Source: an uncultured Gammaproteobacteria bacterium
Lineage (GTDB): Bacteria > Patescibacteriota > Patescibacteriia > UBA9934
Assembly: GCA_964452565.1 (NCBI GenBank)
Contig: CAYVLY010000001.1
Coordinates: forward strand, 451,053 to 515,052
Direction of reading: 5' to 3'
DNA: 64,000 nucleotides
The notes beneath the pieces were generated by a model that was given only the letters and a program-made list of their open reading frames with translations, was not told the origin of the DNA and did no database searches. Positions 9,816 through 20,999 of the stretch are shown here, piece after piece. A program made the position numbers and the translations under genes. Positions within the stretch are counted from its first letter, which is position 1, and the number at the start of each line of letters is the position of its first letter.

Positions 9816-10118
9816 ACATTTATCTTAGAATGATCTTTAGAGGTTTTCTCAGGTCAACACCTGAGTTACATAAAAACCAGAAGTCTTTAAATGTTACATT
9901 TCGCACATTTAAAGGCTTCTAGCCCTTAAGTATCGTTCAACTTTAGGGGATGTTGTGTTTTTACGAGGCAGGTTCCTTTCGCATTTTGTCCAAATCGTCA
10001 GGAAGGTTTTCGTTTAGATCTTTCTTCCTGGTTTAGATTCAAAATGATCGGATTGGCTTTCTGTGAGCCTGCAAAAACCTCGTTTGAAGATCTTTGCAGG
10101 CTCACAGAGCAAGCCTTA

Positions 10119-10448
10119 TTACATTTTAATTTCGACATCCACTCCAGCTGGTAGGTTTAATGACATGAGGGAGTCGATAGTGGTCTCACCTGGATTAACA
10201 ATGTCAATGAGACGCTTGTGAATACGCATTTCGTACTGATCGCGTGACTTCTTGTGAACAAAGGTTGATCGGTTTACGGTGTAACGTCGTTTCTCTGTAG
10301 GCAACGGAACAGGCCCAATTGCATCAGCTCCACTTCGCTTTACTGTTTTTATAATTGTCTCTGCAGCCGTATCGATCAACTTGTGATCATAAGCGCGAAT
10401 CTTTATGCGGATTCGTGGCTTTTGCTCTTTTTTTTCTGTGTTTGCCAT
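10119..10448 (-). CDS. rpsJ: 30S ribosomal protein S10
   Basis: [24 protein letters not shown]. Confidence 0.98.
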   Translation of the reverse strand: MANTEKKEQKPRIRIKIRAYDHKLIDTAAETIIKTVKRSGADAIGPVPLPTEKRRYTVNRSTFVHKKSRDQYEMRIHKRLIDIVNPGETTIDSLMSLNLPAGVDVEIKM

Positions 10449-10509
10449 AGAAGGTACATGTGTGATTAAGCCAAGCGAGGAAAGGCTTTAACCTTTCCCC
10501 GCATGCATA

Positions 10510-11688
10510 TTACTCAACAATTTTTGTTACTGTTCCTGCTCCAACTGTTCGTCCACCCTCTCGGATAGCGAAACGCATCTGATCTTCAATCGCAACAGCT
10601 TTTCCAAGCTCAACAGTAAGGTTCAATGTGTCGCCAGGCATAACCATCTCTGCTCCATCTCCTAGCTCGGTTACCTCACCTGTTACATCAGTTGTTCGAA
10701 TATAGAACTGTGGCTTGTAGCCCTTGAAAAATGGCTTATGTCGTCCACCCTCTTCCTTAGTCAAAGCATAAACCTTAGCTTCAAACTTTGTATGTGGCTT
10801 CACAGATCCAGGTGCAGCAAGAACCATTCCGCGCTCTACATCTTCCTTTTTAACTCCTCGCAAGAGAATTCCAGCGTTATCTCCAGCCATTCCCTTATCA
10901 AGTAGTTTGTTAAACATTTCAATTCCTGTAACAACAGTCTTTTGAGTATCACCCAATCCAACGATTTCAATTTCATCGTTTAGGTTCAAAGTTCCACGCT
11001 CAATTCGTCCTGTTACAACAGTTCCACGTCCCTCAATTGAGAAAACATCCTCGATAGGCATCAAGAAAGACTTGTCAGTTTCTCGAGTTGGTTCTGGGAT
11101 GTACTCATCAAGTGCCTTTACAAGCTCCTTGATTGAATTAACTGCTTCCTCATCTCCCTCAAGTGCCTTAAGAGCTGATCCGCGGATAATTGGAGTTTCA
11201 TCTCCAGGGAACTCATACTGCTTCAAAAGATCTCGAATCTCTTCCTCAACTAGGTCAACAAGCTCAGGGTCATCAACCATGTCAGTCTTGTTCATGTAAA
11301 CAACCATTGCAGGTACTCCAACCTGACGTGCTAGCAAAATATGCTCACGTGTCTGTGGCATTGGCCCATCAGCTGCTGATACAACCAAAATAGCACCATC
11401 CATCTGCGCTGCACCTGTAATCATGTTCTTTACGTAGTCAGCGTGTCCTGGACAGTCAACGTGAGCAAAGTGTCGAGCCTCAGACTCGTACTCAACGTGT
11501 GATGTTGAAATAGTAATTCCTCGCTCTCGCTCTTCTGGAGCCTTGTCAATCTGATCAAAAGCCTTCTTTTGATCTGATGGTGAGAAAAGGCTAGAAAGCG
11601 CAGCGGTAAGTGTTGTCTTACCATGGTCAACGTGTCCAATTGTTCCAACGTTGACGTTTGGTTTCGAACGGTCAAACTGTTCTGCCAT
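10510..11688 (-). CDS. tuf: Elongation factor Tu
   Basis: [39 protein letters not shown]. Confidence 0.99.
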   Translation of the reverse strand: MAEQFDRSKPNVNVGTIGHVDHGKTTLTAALSSLFSPSDQKKAFDQIDKAPEERERGITISTSHVEYESEARHFAHVDCPGHADYVKNMITGAAQMDGAILVVSAADGPMPQTREHILLARQVGVPAMVVYMNKTDMVDDPELVDLVEEEIRDLLKQYEFPGDETPIIRGSALKALEGDEEAVNSIKELVKALDEYIPEPTRETDKSFLMPIEDVFSIEGRGTVVTGRIERGTLNLNDEIEIVGLGDTQKTVVTGIEMFNKLLDKGMAGDNAGILLRGVKKEDVERGMVLAAPGSVKPHTKFEAKVYALTKEEGGRHKPFFKGYKPQFYIRTTDVTGEVTELGDGAEMVMPGDTLNLTVELGKAVAIEDQMRFAIREGGRTVGAGTVTKIVE

Positions 11689-11856
11689 ATTATTTAAACT
11701 AAGAGTAATATGTATTAAGATTTTGGCTTAATTTGTGGAAAATTTACACCTTCCACGAACGCCGAGATGATAACAAAGTTGGCGAAATTATGCAAGCCTT
11801 AAGCTGTGAATTCCTTGTGAATAGGTTTTTATGCTAATTCTTGGCGAATTTCAGCA

Positions 11857-12240
11857 CTATTCTACTGGTTCTAGATAAAACTGCTCTTCTGCTGATTCTG
11901 GGTCAATTTCAGGTCCTTTTTCAGCAGTCAAACCCTCATTTTCCTGCACAACTGACTCAAGCTCCTCTGGCAGCTCTTCGAGATCTATATCAGATGCCTC
12001 TATTGAGAACTCATCAAGTGACTCTTCAGATTCGATCTCTCCGTCAAAACCCTCAAATTCCTCATCCACGAAGAACTCTTCAGACAGCCCACACTCTTCA
12101 TCGGAATACTCATCAATAAGCGCCTCATAACTGGAAAGTGGCAGAATCACCATTTCTTCCTGATTCTCATCCAAAACCACTACTGGAGAATTAGTCTTAC
12201 GCGCAATGCGCATTAGTCTGTTGAGCTGATTATTGTCCAT
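11857..12240 (-). CDS. Acidic hypothetical protein; N-terminus weakly resembles Phd/YefM antitoxin fold
   Basis: ATG at 12240; PVVVLDENQEEMVILPLSSYEAL followed by D/E-rich tail ending EEQFYLEPVE. Confidence 0.7.
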   Translation of the reverse strand: MDNNQLNRLMRIARKTNSPVVVLDENQEEMVILPLSSYEALIDEYSDEECGLSEEFFVDEEFEGFDGEIESEESLDEFSIEASDIDLEELPEELESVVQENEGLTAEKGPEIDPESAEEQFYLEPVE

Positions 12241-12355
12241 ATGTGCCAATGTTATCTTACTGGGACAAAAAAGCAAGAGTTTATATCATCATAAAAATCA
12301 TCCAGAAAAATTGACGCCCCCCGTGGGAGTTCCCAGGGAGGGCGTACAAACCGGG

Positions 12356-12598
12356 TCAGGCGATCGGTGGAGGTGTTCCGCTAGCAAGCATGGCTGAGAG
12401 CTCTGCAAGAGCTACCATATCACACATGCCACGAGGCAACTCCCAGGCATTTGGCTTTTTCCGATTCCTGTATCTTTTCCTATACAGACCCGTGGGGAGG
12501 CCAGGACAGTAGACTGGGGGCGGAATCCGAACCCCAAGCGGTGCCAAGCCGCCGGCACCGAAACTCACTTCGCGTATACACTGAACATCTACTTGCAT
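12356..12598 (-). CDS. Small basic protein, GAGGLAPLGVxIPPP family copy 1
   Basis: AGGAG SD, GC hairpin after TGA, paralog at 46759-46989 differing mainly at synonymous positions in the core. Confidence 0.75.
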   Translation of the reverse strand: MQVDVQCIREVSFGAGGLAPLGVRIPPPVYCPGLPTGLYRKRYRNRKKPNAWELPRGMCDMVALAELSAMLASGTPPPIA

Positions 12599-12912
12599 GA
12601 CAATCTCCTGTTATAGTGATTGTCCGTAAAAGCCCAAAGCTACGCGGACGCACCTGTTGTGGAGACACTCGCGTGTCCCGCACCCCTTACTCAACGCACT
12701 TTGCTGGTTTTCCACGCCAGCACCGCCTTACCGCCCGTTCCACCAGTACAGCACGGCGGCTTAGTGCACCCACTTTTACCCGGCAACGATATTCATTCTA
12801 TAGGCTCGCGTGCAATTTAAAAAATACATGTGTGGAAAACTAATAAAAAGTAAAGCACTCCGCATACGAGCGGAGCGCCGAGAGACAAGTCAGAGGAATA
12901 GCTTATGACCTG

Positions 12913-13500
12913 TTACCTACCCTTCCGGGCTAGTACCGCAACCACAAGGTGGAAGAGTGCCAGGTAGGCAGGGTTGAAGATACTAACAAAGTCACCGTTG
13001 TACGACAGTGTGGCATTCAGAAGCGTCACCAGACATGCCACTGTCCAAACCCACCACGAAAGCGGCTCATCTTTAGTTGGATCCTTGTACACATCCTTGA
13101 GCGTGGGATGAAATGAGATCACAACCGTGAGCATCATGATGAGATTCGCGGTACTGGCATCCCTGTAGTACCAGTACACCACAAACGAAAGAACGCATAG
13201 AACGAGAACAAAGATCTCGACAGAGTCAGGCCACTTGAACTTCTTCCAGCGCAAGGCCAGGATGAATGTCACTGTTGCGGCAAAACTCCCTACGATGTAC
13301 TGAAGCGCCAGAGGAAAACTCGTCACTTCAGTGAAGGTCACGGCGTTAATCGTAGCCGCAATCATCCAAATGAACCACGTAACGAACTTGGGCTTGGAGC
13401 TTCCTCTCTTCGTCTGGATGTTATAGAGGACGTAGCCGGTGGCGTGGATCAACGCCGCAGGCACACCGAGAACCCATTCAAGAAGCTGATCTTCTTGCAT
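12913..13500 (-). CDS. Multi-pass membrane protein (possibly PQ-loop-like)
   Basis: GGGGAG SD before ATG 13500; ~6-7 hydrophobic segments; similar ...KP.FVTWFIW and ...DEPLSWWVW halves. Confidence 0.75.
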   Translation of the reverse strand: MQEDQLLEWVLGVPAALIHATGYVLYNIQTKRGSSKPKFVTWFIWMIAATINAVTFTEVTSFPLALQYIVGSFAATVTFILALRWKKFKWPDSVEIFVLVLCVLSFVVYWYYRDASTANLIMMLTVVISFHPTLKDVYKDPTKDEPLSWWVWTVACLVTLLNATLSYNGDFVSIFNPAYLALFHLVVAVLARKGR

Positions 13501-13665
13501 TGTAACTCCCCGTACCTGGAATATTAACTCGATCCGCACCATGCGAACTTGTTAAATAACTTAACAAACCCACAAATACAGGTCAATTTTGTACGCAAAA
13601 AAACCTACCAATTGCTCGGTAGATTTTTAAAAATCTAAATTCTAAGTTCTGTTTTCTATGTTCTA

Positions 13666-15771
<2,106 letters not shown>

Positions 15772-15791
15772 AAAAAGTATTAATGAAAAGA

Positions 15792-16262
15792 TTAACGTCG
15801 CGCAAAGTGCGCAAATGCTTTGTTAGCCTCAGCCATTCGCTGAACATCAAGCTTCTTCTTCATTGCATCCCCTTCGCCCTCTGAAGCAGCAAGTAACTCG
15901 TTCGCGAGCTTTTGTGCCATTGGCTTTCCCTTTTTTGCTCGAGCAGCTTCAAGGATCCATCGGTATGCCAAAGCAACTCGTCGCTCAGCTCGCACAGGCA
16001 TTGGGATCTGATAGTTTGCTCCTCCAACACGACGTGATCGAACCTCAACAGAAGGCATTATGTTTTTCATTGCCTCGTCAAAAAGATCCATTGCATCCTT
16101 TTTCGACTTTTTTGCAGCAATCTCAAGTGCATCGTATACAACACGTTCTGCTGTGGTCTTCTTACCATCCAGCATCACATAGTTAATAAGTTTTGTAATT
16201 AAAACATTGCCGTACTTATGGTCCGGCAATAATATTCGCTTTGGGGCTTGTTTTCCACGCAT
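15792..16262 (-). CDS. rpsG: 30S ribosomal protein S7
   Basis: [26 protein letters not shown]. Confidence 0.99.
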   Translation of the reverse strand: MRGKQAPKRILLPDHKYGNVLITKLINYVMLDGKKTTAERVVYDALEIAAKKSKKDAMDLFDEAMKNIMPSVEVRSRRVGGANYQIPMPVRAERRVALAYRWILEAARAKKGKPMAQKLANELLAASEGEGDAMKKKLDVQRMAEANKAFAHFARR

Positions 16263-16338
16263 AGTTTTAGTTAGTTGGCTCTGTCATTTCCTGCCGCGTA
16301 GTGGCAGTACTAGAGCTATGAATTATTTGATCGTTAAT

Positions 16339-16758
16339 TTATTTCTTCGGCTTCTTTGTTCCGTATCGCGAACGAGACTTAGTCCGTCCTTCTACTCCAG
16401 TTGTATCATATCGTCCACGAACAATTGTATATCGCACACCTGGGAGGTCCTTAATCTTTCCACCTCGAATCATTACAATAGAGTGCTCTTGTAGGTTGTG
16501 CCCTTCTCCTGGGATGTATGCAATAACTTCTTGTCCATTTGAAAGTCGAACACGCGCAACTTTACGCAACGCTGAGTTAGGCTTCTTTGGAGTTGTTGTA
16601 TACACACGGACACATACTCCACGCTTAAATGGAGCTCCACGACGCAACTGTGTGCGCTTTCGGTGAAGTGTATCTGTAGTGAACTGCATAGCAGGTGCTT
16701 TTGACTTTGTCTTTACCTGCTTTCGTCCCTTTCGAATCAATTGATTGATTGTTGGCAT
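16339..16758 (-). CDS. rpsL: 30S ribosomal protein S12
   Basis: [25 protein letters not shown]. Confidence 0.99.
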   Translation of the reverse strand: MPTINQLIRKGRKQVKTKSKAPAMQFTTDTLHRKRTQLRRGAPFKRGVCVRVYTTTPKKPNSALRKVARVRLSNGQEVIAYIPGEGHNLQEHSIVMIRGGKIKDLPGVRYTIVRGRYDTTGVEGRTKSRSRYGTKKPKK

Positions 16759-16938
16759 AATGCTCTAATCTTTGTCTAAAGTTGTAGAAAATACGGCGGT
16801 AGAGTACCACGAGCCTTAAAATAGGTCAATATGTTGATATGGGCGAAATATCAGTGTTGACTTTTACGCGAAACTGGGCTATATTGCCAGACCTCTTCAC
16901 TGATCCGCAAGGATACAACCCCATACAAGGAGACTGCC

Positions 16939-17415
16939 TTGCTCGAAACCTGGAACCTCTTCCGTACCGCCTGGTTACTGTATACACAGAGACGAAAGCG
17001 GCAAAAGCTCATCAAGAAGGGCTACAGGATCCCTCCTGCTCTGGCTGCAACTGACCTGATGAATCTCATCCAGTCCCCCTACGTCAACAACGACGTCGTA
17101 GTATCTATGTGGGAGATCTTCCACGAGGTGTGGTGCTACGAAGATGACTTCTACGCTGCTCGCGAGAAGGTCGTAAATGCTATGCGTGAGCACCGCCCCG
17201 GGTTGTTCAGGGCCATCCGACAGCGTGACGAACAACGGATGATGGCTGAGATGCTCCAGGACTTCGCAATGTTCTTCACGGCCATGGGACTCATGCCACC
17301 CGTCGTCGAAACTCACATGTTCGAGGTTCGCATGATCGTGCCCTCTCCTAACTGCGACGAATGCGGAGATCGCCACTCCTGCGGCCTGCGCCCTCGTGGC
17401 TGCGGAGAGGAATAG
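16939..17415 (+). CDS. Orphan protein with C-terminal Cys cluster
   Basis: TTGACT-17-TATATT promoter upstream, AAGGAG SD + TTG start, GC3-rich codons, CDEC..HSC...C, GC hairpin + T run after stop. Confidence 0.75.
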   Translation: MLETWNLFRTAWLLYTQRRKRQKLIKKGYRIPPALAATDLMNLIQSPYVNNDVVVSMWEIFHEVWCYEDDFYAAREKVVNAMREHRPGLFRAIRQRDEQRMMAEMLQDFAMFFTAMGLMPPVVETHMFEVRMIVPSPNCDECGDRHSCGLRPRGCGEE

Positions 17416-17469
17416 CCTCTCCTAGACCCCCTCGCGTCCCGCGCCCTCACCCGGTGCGGGCGTTTTGCT

Positions 17470-18144
17470 TTAAAAAATCAAAGCCAGCAAGTACTGACAA
17501 TTCTCTCCAACCAATGCAGAGCAAACTGCATATGATGGAGCGCTTACAAAAAAGAAAATATTGAAAGATGTAAAAATCGACAGGATCACAAGTGCAAATA
17601 AAACGCGCGGGCCGTACATCATGATTTGCATCTTGATTTTCTGATGCTGCGGCTTGATAAGTATCGCATCCAAGATTTTCGATCCATCAAGCGGGTAAAT
17701 CGGAATCAAATTAAAGAACATTAGGAACAGATTGATGATGATCAGCAACAGCAAGAATGCAAAAAGCATATCTACTTCAGCGAAAACTCCAGCCACCAGC
17801 AAACCTCGAAGAACCGTAGCCGCCAAGGTCGCCATAAACAAATTTGAGATTGGTCCAGCAAGTGCAATCCATAAAGCATCCTTTCGAGGGTCTTTTAGAT
17901 TATACGGATTAAACGGCACTGGCTTTGCCCAGCCAAACCCAAGCGTCACCAACAACAGCATTCCCATCCAATCAATATGTGCCAAAGGATTTAAAGTTAA
18001 ACGCCCAGCCATCTCAGCAGTCTTGTCGCCTTTGATGTTTGCTACCCAGGCGTGCGCAAACTCATGAATGGTCAAAGAAACAAGAATAGCTGCCAGCCAA
18101 ACAACTAGCAGTATTGGTTGCTGTGCTATTAAAGATAAAATCAT
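17470..18144 (-). CDS. Site-2 protease, peptidase M50 family
   Basis: HEFAH, GPISN, FNLIPIYPLDG. Confidence 0.95.
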   Translation of the reverse strand: MILSLIAQQPILLVVWLAAILVSLTIHEFAHAWVANIKGDKTAEMAGRLTLNPLAHIDWMGMLLLVTLGFGWAKPVPFNPYNLKDPRKDALWIALAGPISNLFMATLAATVLRGLLVAGVFAEVDMLFAFLLLLIIINLFLMFFNLIPIYPLDGSKILDAILIKPQHQKIKMQIMMYGPRVLFALVILSIFTSFNIFFFVSAPSYAVCSALVGENCQYLLALIF

Positions 18145-18146
18145 AG

Positions 18147-19448
18147 TTATTCCTCCCGGACCTCAAGATCCGCTCCAATGGATTTTAGATTTCCGTACAA
18201 GTTCTCGTACCCACGCTCCAAATGCTCAACGCCGTCAATCTCTGAAGTACCCTCCGCGGCAAGTGCCGCTGCAACATATGCCAATCCCGCACGGATGTCA
18301 GGCACAGTCATCTGTGATGCCTTGAGTGGTGTGGGGCCCTTAATCACTGCAGAGTGCTTATAATTCTCCCCTGCAAATCGACACGGCATCTCACCCAAGC
18401 ACTTATCAGACAATGTAATATCTGCTCCCATTTCATTCAATATCTCTGTGTATCCAAATCGCTCCTGATACACAGTTTCATGAATAACCGATGTTCCTTC
18501 AGCCTGTGTCAACACGACCACAAATGGCTGCTGCCAATCAGTTGCAAACCCTGGATGTGTGTCGGTCTCAAGTTCAATACCTTTATACTTATCCGACCCT
18601 TTGAAGAGAACCCCGTCCTGATCAACAATATACTCTCCGCCAATCCTTCGAACAGCATTCAAGAAAGTAATCATACTTGAGTGACCTGCACCACGGCAGT
18701 AGATCTCTCCTCGGGTAGCAAGTGCAATGCACGCATATGACGCAGCCTCGAGTCTATCTGCCAATACGCGGTGCGTACATCCATGCAACTTCTCTACTCC
18801 AATTACTTCAATGTAACGACCAACTCCACGCTGGATAATCGCCCCCATCTTTTGAAGCATCATGATAAGCGAAATGATCTCAGGTTCAATCGCAGCATTC
18901 TTGATAACAGTCCGGCCTTCAGCCAAAACTGAAGCGAACAATATAGTCTCTGTTGCTCCAACTGAAGGATACGGTAACTCAATCTTTGCCCCCTTAAGTC
19001 CATTTGGCGCCTTCACTACATGTGCTTCTGGAGAGTCTTCAATCACAGCACCCATTTTCTCAAGAGCATCAAGATGGAAGTTAACAGGCCGAGGTCCAAT
19101 CTTATCTCCTTCTGGTTTTGGAACATAAGCTTCGCCTGCACGATGTAAGAGCGGCGCGACCGTAAGAATCGAGAGTCGATTACGCCGTGACATCTCAATT
19201 GCCGATGTCTGACTTATCTCTGGAACTTTTATCGAAAGTGAGTGGTCACTTACTGCACTCTCACCGCCAAATGTATGTACCAGCTCACGCGCAATATCAG
19301 TCTCTTGCTGAAGCGGCACGTTGTGCAAAATCACCTCCTCTTCAGTCAGTAATGAAGCGAGAATCATCTTTGAAGCGCCATTCTTAGCTCCTACGATTTG
19401 TACCTCTCCACTGAGCGGCTCACCACCTTTAATAAAGATTTTTTTCAT
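18147..19448 (-). CDS. murA: UDP-N-acetylglucosamine 1-carboxyvinyltransferase (Cys->Asp type)
   Basis: GAKN, IGPRPVNFH, PSVGATE, PGFATD, DIRAG, HLERGYE. Confidence 0.97.
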   Translation of the reverse strand: MKKIFIKGGEPLSGEVQIVGAKNGASKMILASLLTEEEVILHNVPLQQETDIARELVHTFGGESAVSDHSLSIKVPEISQTSAIEMSRRNRLSILTVAPLLHRAGEAYVPKPEGDKIGPRPVNFHLDALEKMGAVIEDSPEAHVVKAPNGLKGAKIELPYPSVGATETILFASVLAEGRTVIKNAAIEPEIISLIMMLQKMGAIIQRGVGRYIEVIGVEKLHGCTHRVLADRLEAASYACIALATRGEIYCRGAGHSSMITFLNAVRRIGGEYIVDQDGVLFKGSDKYKGIELETDTHPGFATDWQQPFVVVLTQAEGTSVIHETVYQERFGYTEILNEMGADITLSDKCLGEMPCRFAGENYKHSAVIKGPTPLKASQMTVPDIRAGLAYVAAALAAEGTSEIDGVEHLERGYENLYGNLKSIGADLEVREE

Positions 19449-19883
19449 AGTTGAAGTTCGATATTTGATATGTATAGGGTGTCATATTTGAGCGGGAAAA
19501 TCAATGCTTGTGACACAACAAAAAAACTTCCAAATTTGGAAGTGTTATTGCAGCTCCGGACGGTAGGACGAATTAGTCCTCTGCCACATGTGGGCTAAAC
19601 GATTTCAGGTGGCGCACAAGTGAGCCGGAGCCCAGTTGAACGGTCCCGAATCGCAGAGAACCGCTGGATCCCCGCATGCGCGCACTGCTTCATTGTGCGA
19701 ACAGCTAGACTGCGTAATCTCGCAGATGGTTCTTTCGAATCAGTGGATCCTTTCTTGTTGTAATTGGCTAATTACGTTCTACCGTCTTGAAGCTATTTAT
19801 ATTATCGCAAAGTTGGTGGTTTTTGCAAAGAAAAACAGGTGAATTCATCCACCCGTTATCCATAGTTTTTCCACATTTGTTAT

Positions 19884-20345
19884 CTATGCTCCAAAATGGT
19901 ACTGATCTGTAAGCTTTTTGTAGTCAAATACCTCATCCTTATCGAAGAATCGATCAATTTCTATTGCTGCATTTTCAACCGAATCTGAGGCATGGACGAC
20001 ATTTCCTGCAAGATCCATTGAAAGATCTGCTCTTATAGTTCCAGCATCAGCCTCTCGTGGATTTGTTGATCCAACAATCTTTCTAACCTCATTTATAACA
20101 TCAATACCCTCTAACACCATGCCTAATACAGGAGTCTGCATCATAAACTCTGAAAGACCTTTGTAAAAAGGCTTATCAACGTGGTGACTATAGTGATCTG
20201 CAAGAATAGTTTCATCAAGGTTAATCAACTTCATTCCTGCGATTTTCAAACCCTTTCTTTCAAATCGATGCACTATCTCCCCAACCAACTCTCGCTGAAA
20301 AGCATCTGGCTTGATCAGTACTAATGTTTTTTGTACGTCTGACAT
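19884..20345 (-). CDS. ndk: Nucleoside diphosphate kinase
   Basis: TLVLIKPD, GTIRAD, NVVHASDS. Confidence 0.98.
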   Translation of the reverse strand: MSDVQKTLVLIKPDAFQRELVGEIVHRFERKGLKIAGMKLINLDETILADHYSHHVDKPFYKGLSEFMMQTPVLGMVLEGIDVINEVRKIVGSTNPREADAGTIRADLSMDLAGNVVHASDSVENAAIEIDRFFDKDEVFDYKKLTDQYHFGA

Positions 20346-20405
20346 AAAATATGTTTAATTCGCAGGAAATATAGCAATAAACTACAAAAGAATCAAGCAC
20401 ATAGA

Positions 20406-20441
20406 GCTTCATGAATTGAACGATCGTTCAATTCATGAAGC
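20406..20441. repeat. Perfect 36-bp palindrome abutting stop of PaaX/Cas2-like gene; 23/25 copy at 20959-20983
   Basis: gcttcatgaattgaacga|tcgttcaattcatgaagc. Confidence 0.95.
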
Positions 20442-20984
20442 CTACAGTTCAGAAGCAAGAAAAACCCTGAACCAATTATCAGATTTGAATCTTGAAGAAA
20501 ACAACCTAGCCACATAGTCACTAATATTTTTCGAACAGCACCATACACTTCGATGCATCTGCTTAAAGCCTAATCGCTTCAATATGTGCCTAACCTGATT
20601 ACGTAGTCGTTTGTGATCCTCAGGTATATCAAATGAGATCAAACAAATCTGGCCACCTGGTAGATTATTTGCGTTCATTGAGAGCTGCGCCATATATTCC
20701 TCGAACCCTGCCTTAGAAAATGATGTTAAATACCCGTCAGCTATCTTTTTTCTATCGATTAATCTTCTTTTCTCTAACCTCCTAAATTCCTGTCTCCTTA
20801 GTTTAGCCTCTTTTCTGTCTAAGAACTCTCTTGCGCCCTCTATACCAAATCTAACCACCAACCCCGGCCTAGAAAGACCAAAGTGAACATCTTCAATAGC
20901 TTGCCCGATATCAACAAGTATTCTCGCTGTTCTAGAATGAGGTTGAAGAGGCCTTACAGCTTCATTAATTAAACGATCGTTCAT
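20442..20984 (-). CDS. PaaX-like regulator (wHTH-like segment + Cas2-like ferredoxin domain)
   Basis: LISFDIPEDHKRLRNQVRHILKRLGFKQMHRSVW matches PaaX central/Cas2-like motif; RRLEKRRLI helix before it. Confidence 0.8.
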   Translation of the reverse strand: MNDRLINEAVRPLQPHSRTARILVDIGQAIEDVHFGLSRPGLVVRFGIEGAREFLDRKEAKLRRQEFRRLEKRRLIDRKKIADGYLTSFSKAGFEEYMAQLSMNANNLPGGQICLISFDIPEDHKRLRNQVRHILKRLGFKQMHRSVWCCSKNISDYVARLFSSRFKSDNWFRVFLASEL

Positions 20985-20999
20985 AAAGTGAAACTTTTA

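Noticed and set aside
12500-12560. tRNA T-loop-like sequence GGGGTTCGGATTCC in peptide ORF 1 (GGGGTGCAAATCCC in copy 2)
   Set aside because: No cloverleaf; substitutions between copies are synonymous in the ORF frame, favouring protein coding
19835-19880. oriC from DnaA-box-like 9-mers (TTATCCATA, TTTTCCACA, TCATCCACC)
   Set aside because: Few degenerate boxes, no dnaA/dnaN nearby, no AT-rich unwinding element; similar isolated boxes at ~11735, ~12831 and ~33573
20406-20984. CRISPR-Cas locus (Cas2-like motif plus 36-bp repeat)
   Set aside because: Only two copies ~550 bp apart, no spacer array, no cas1 or effector genes
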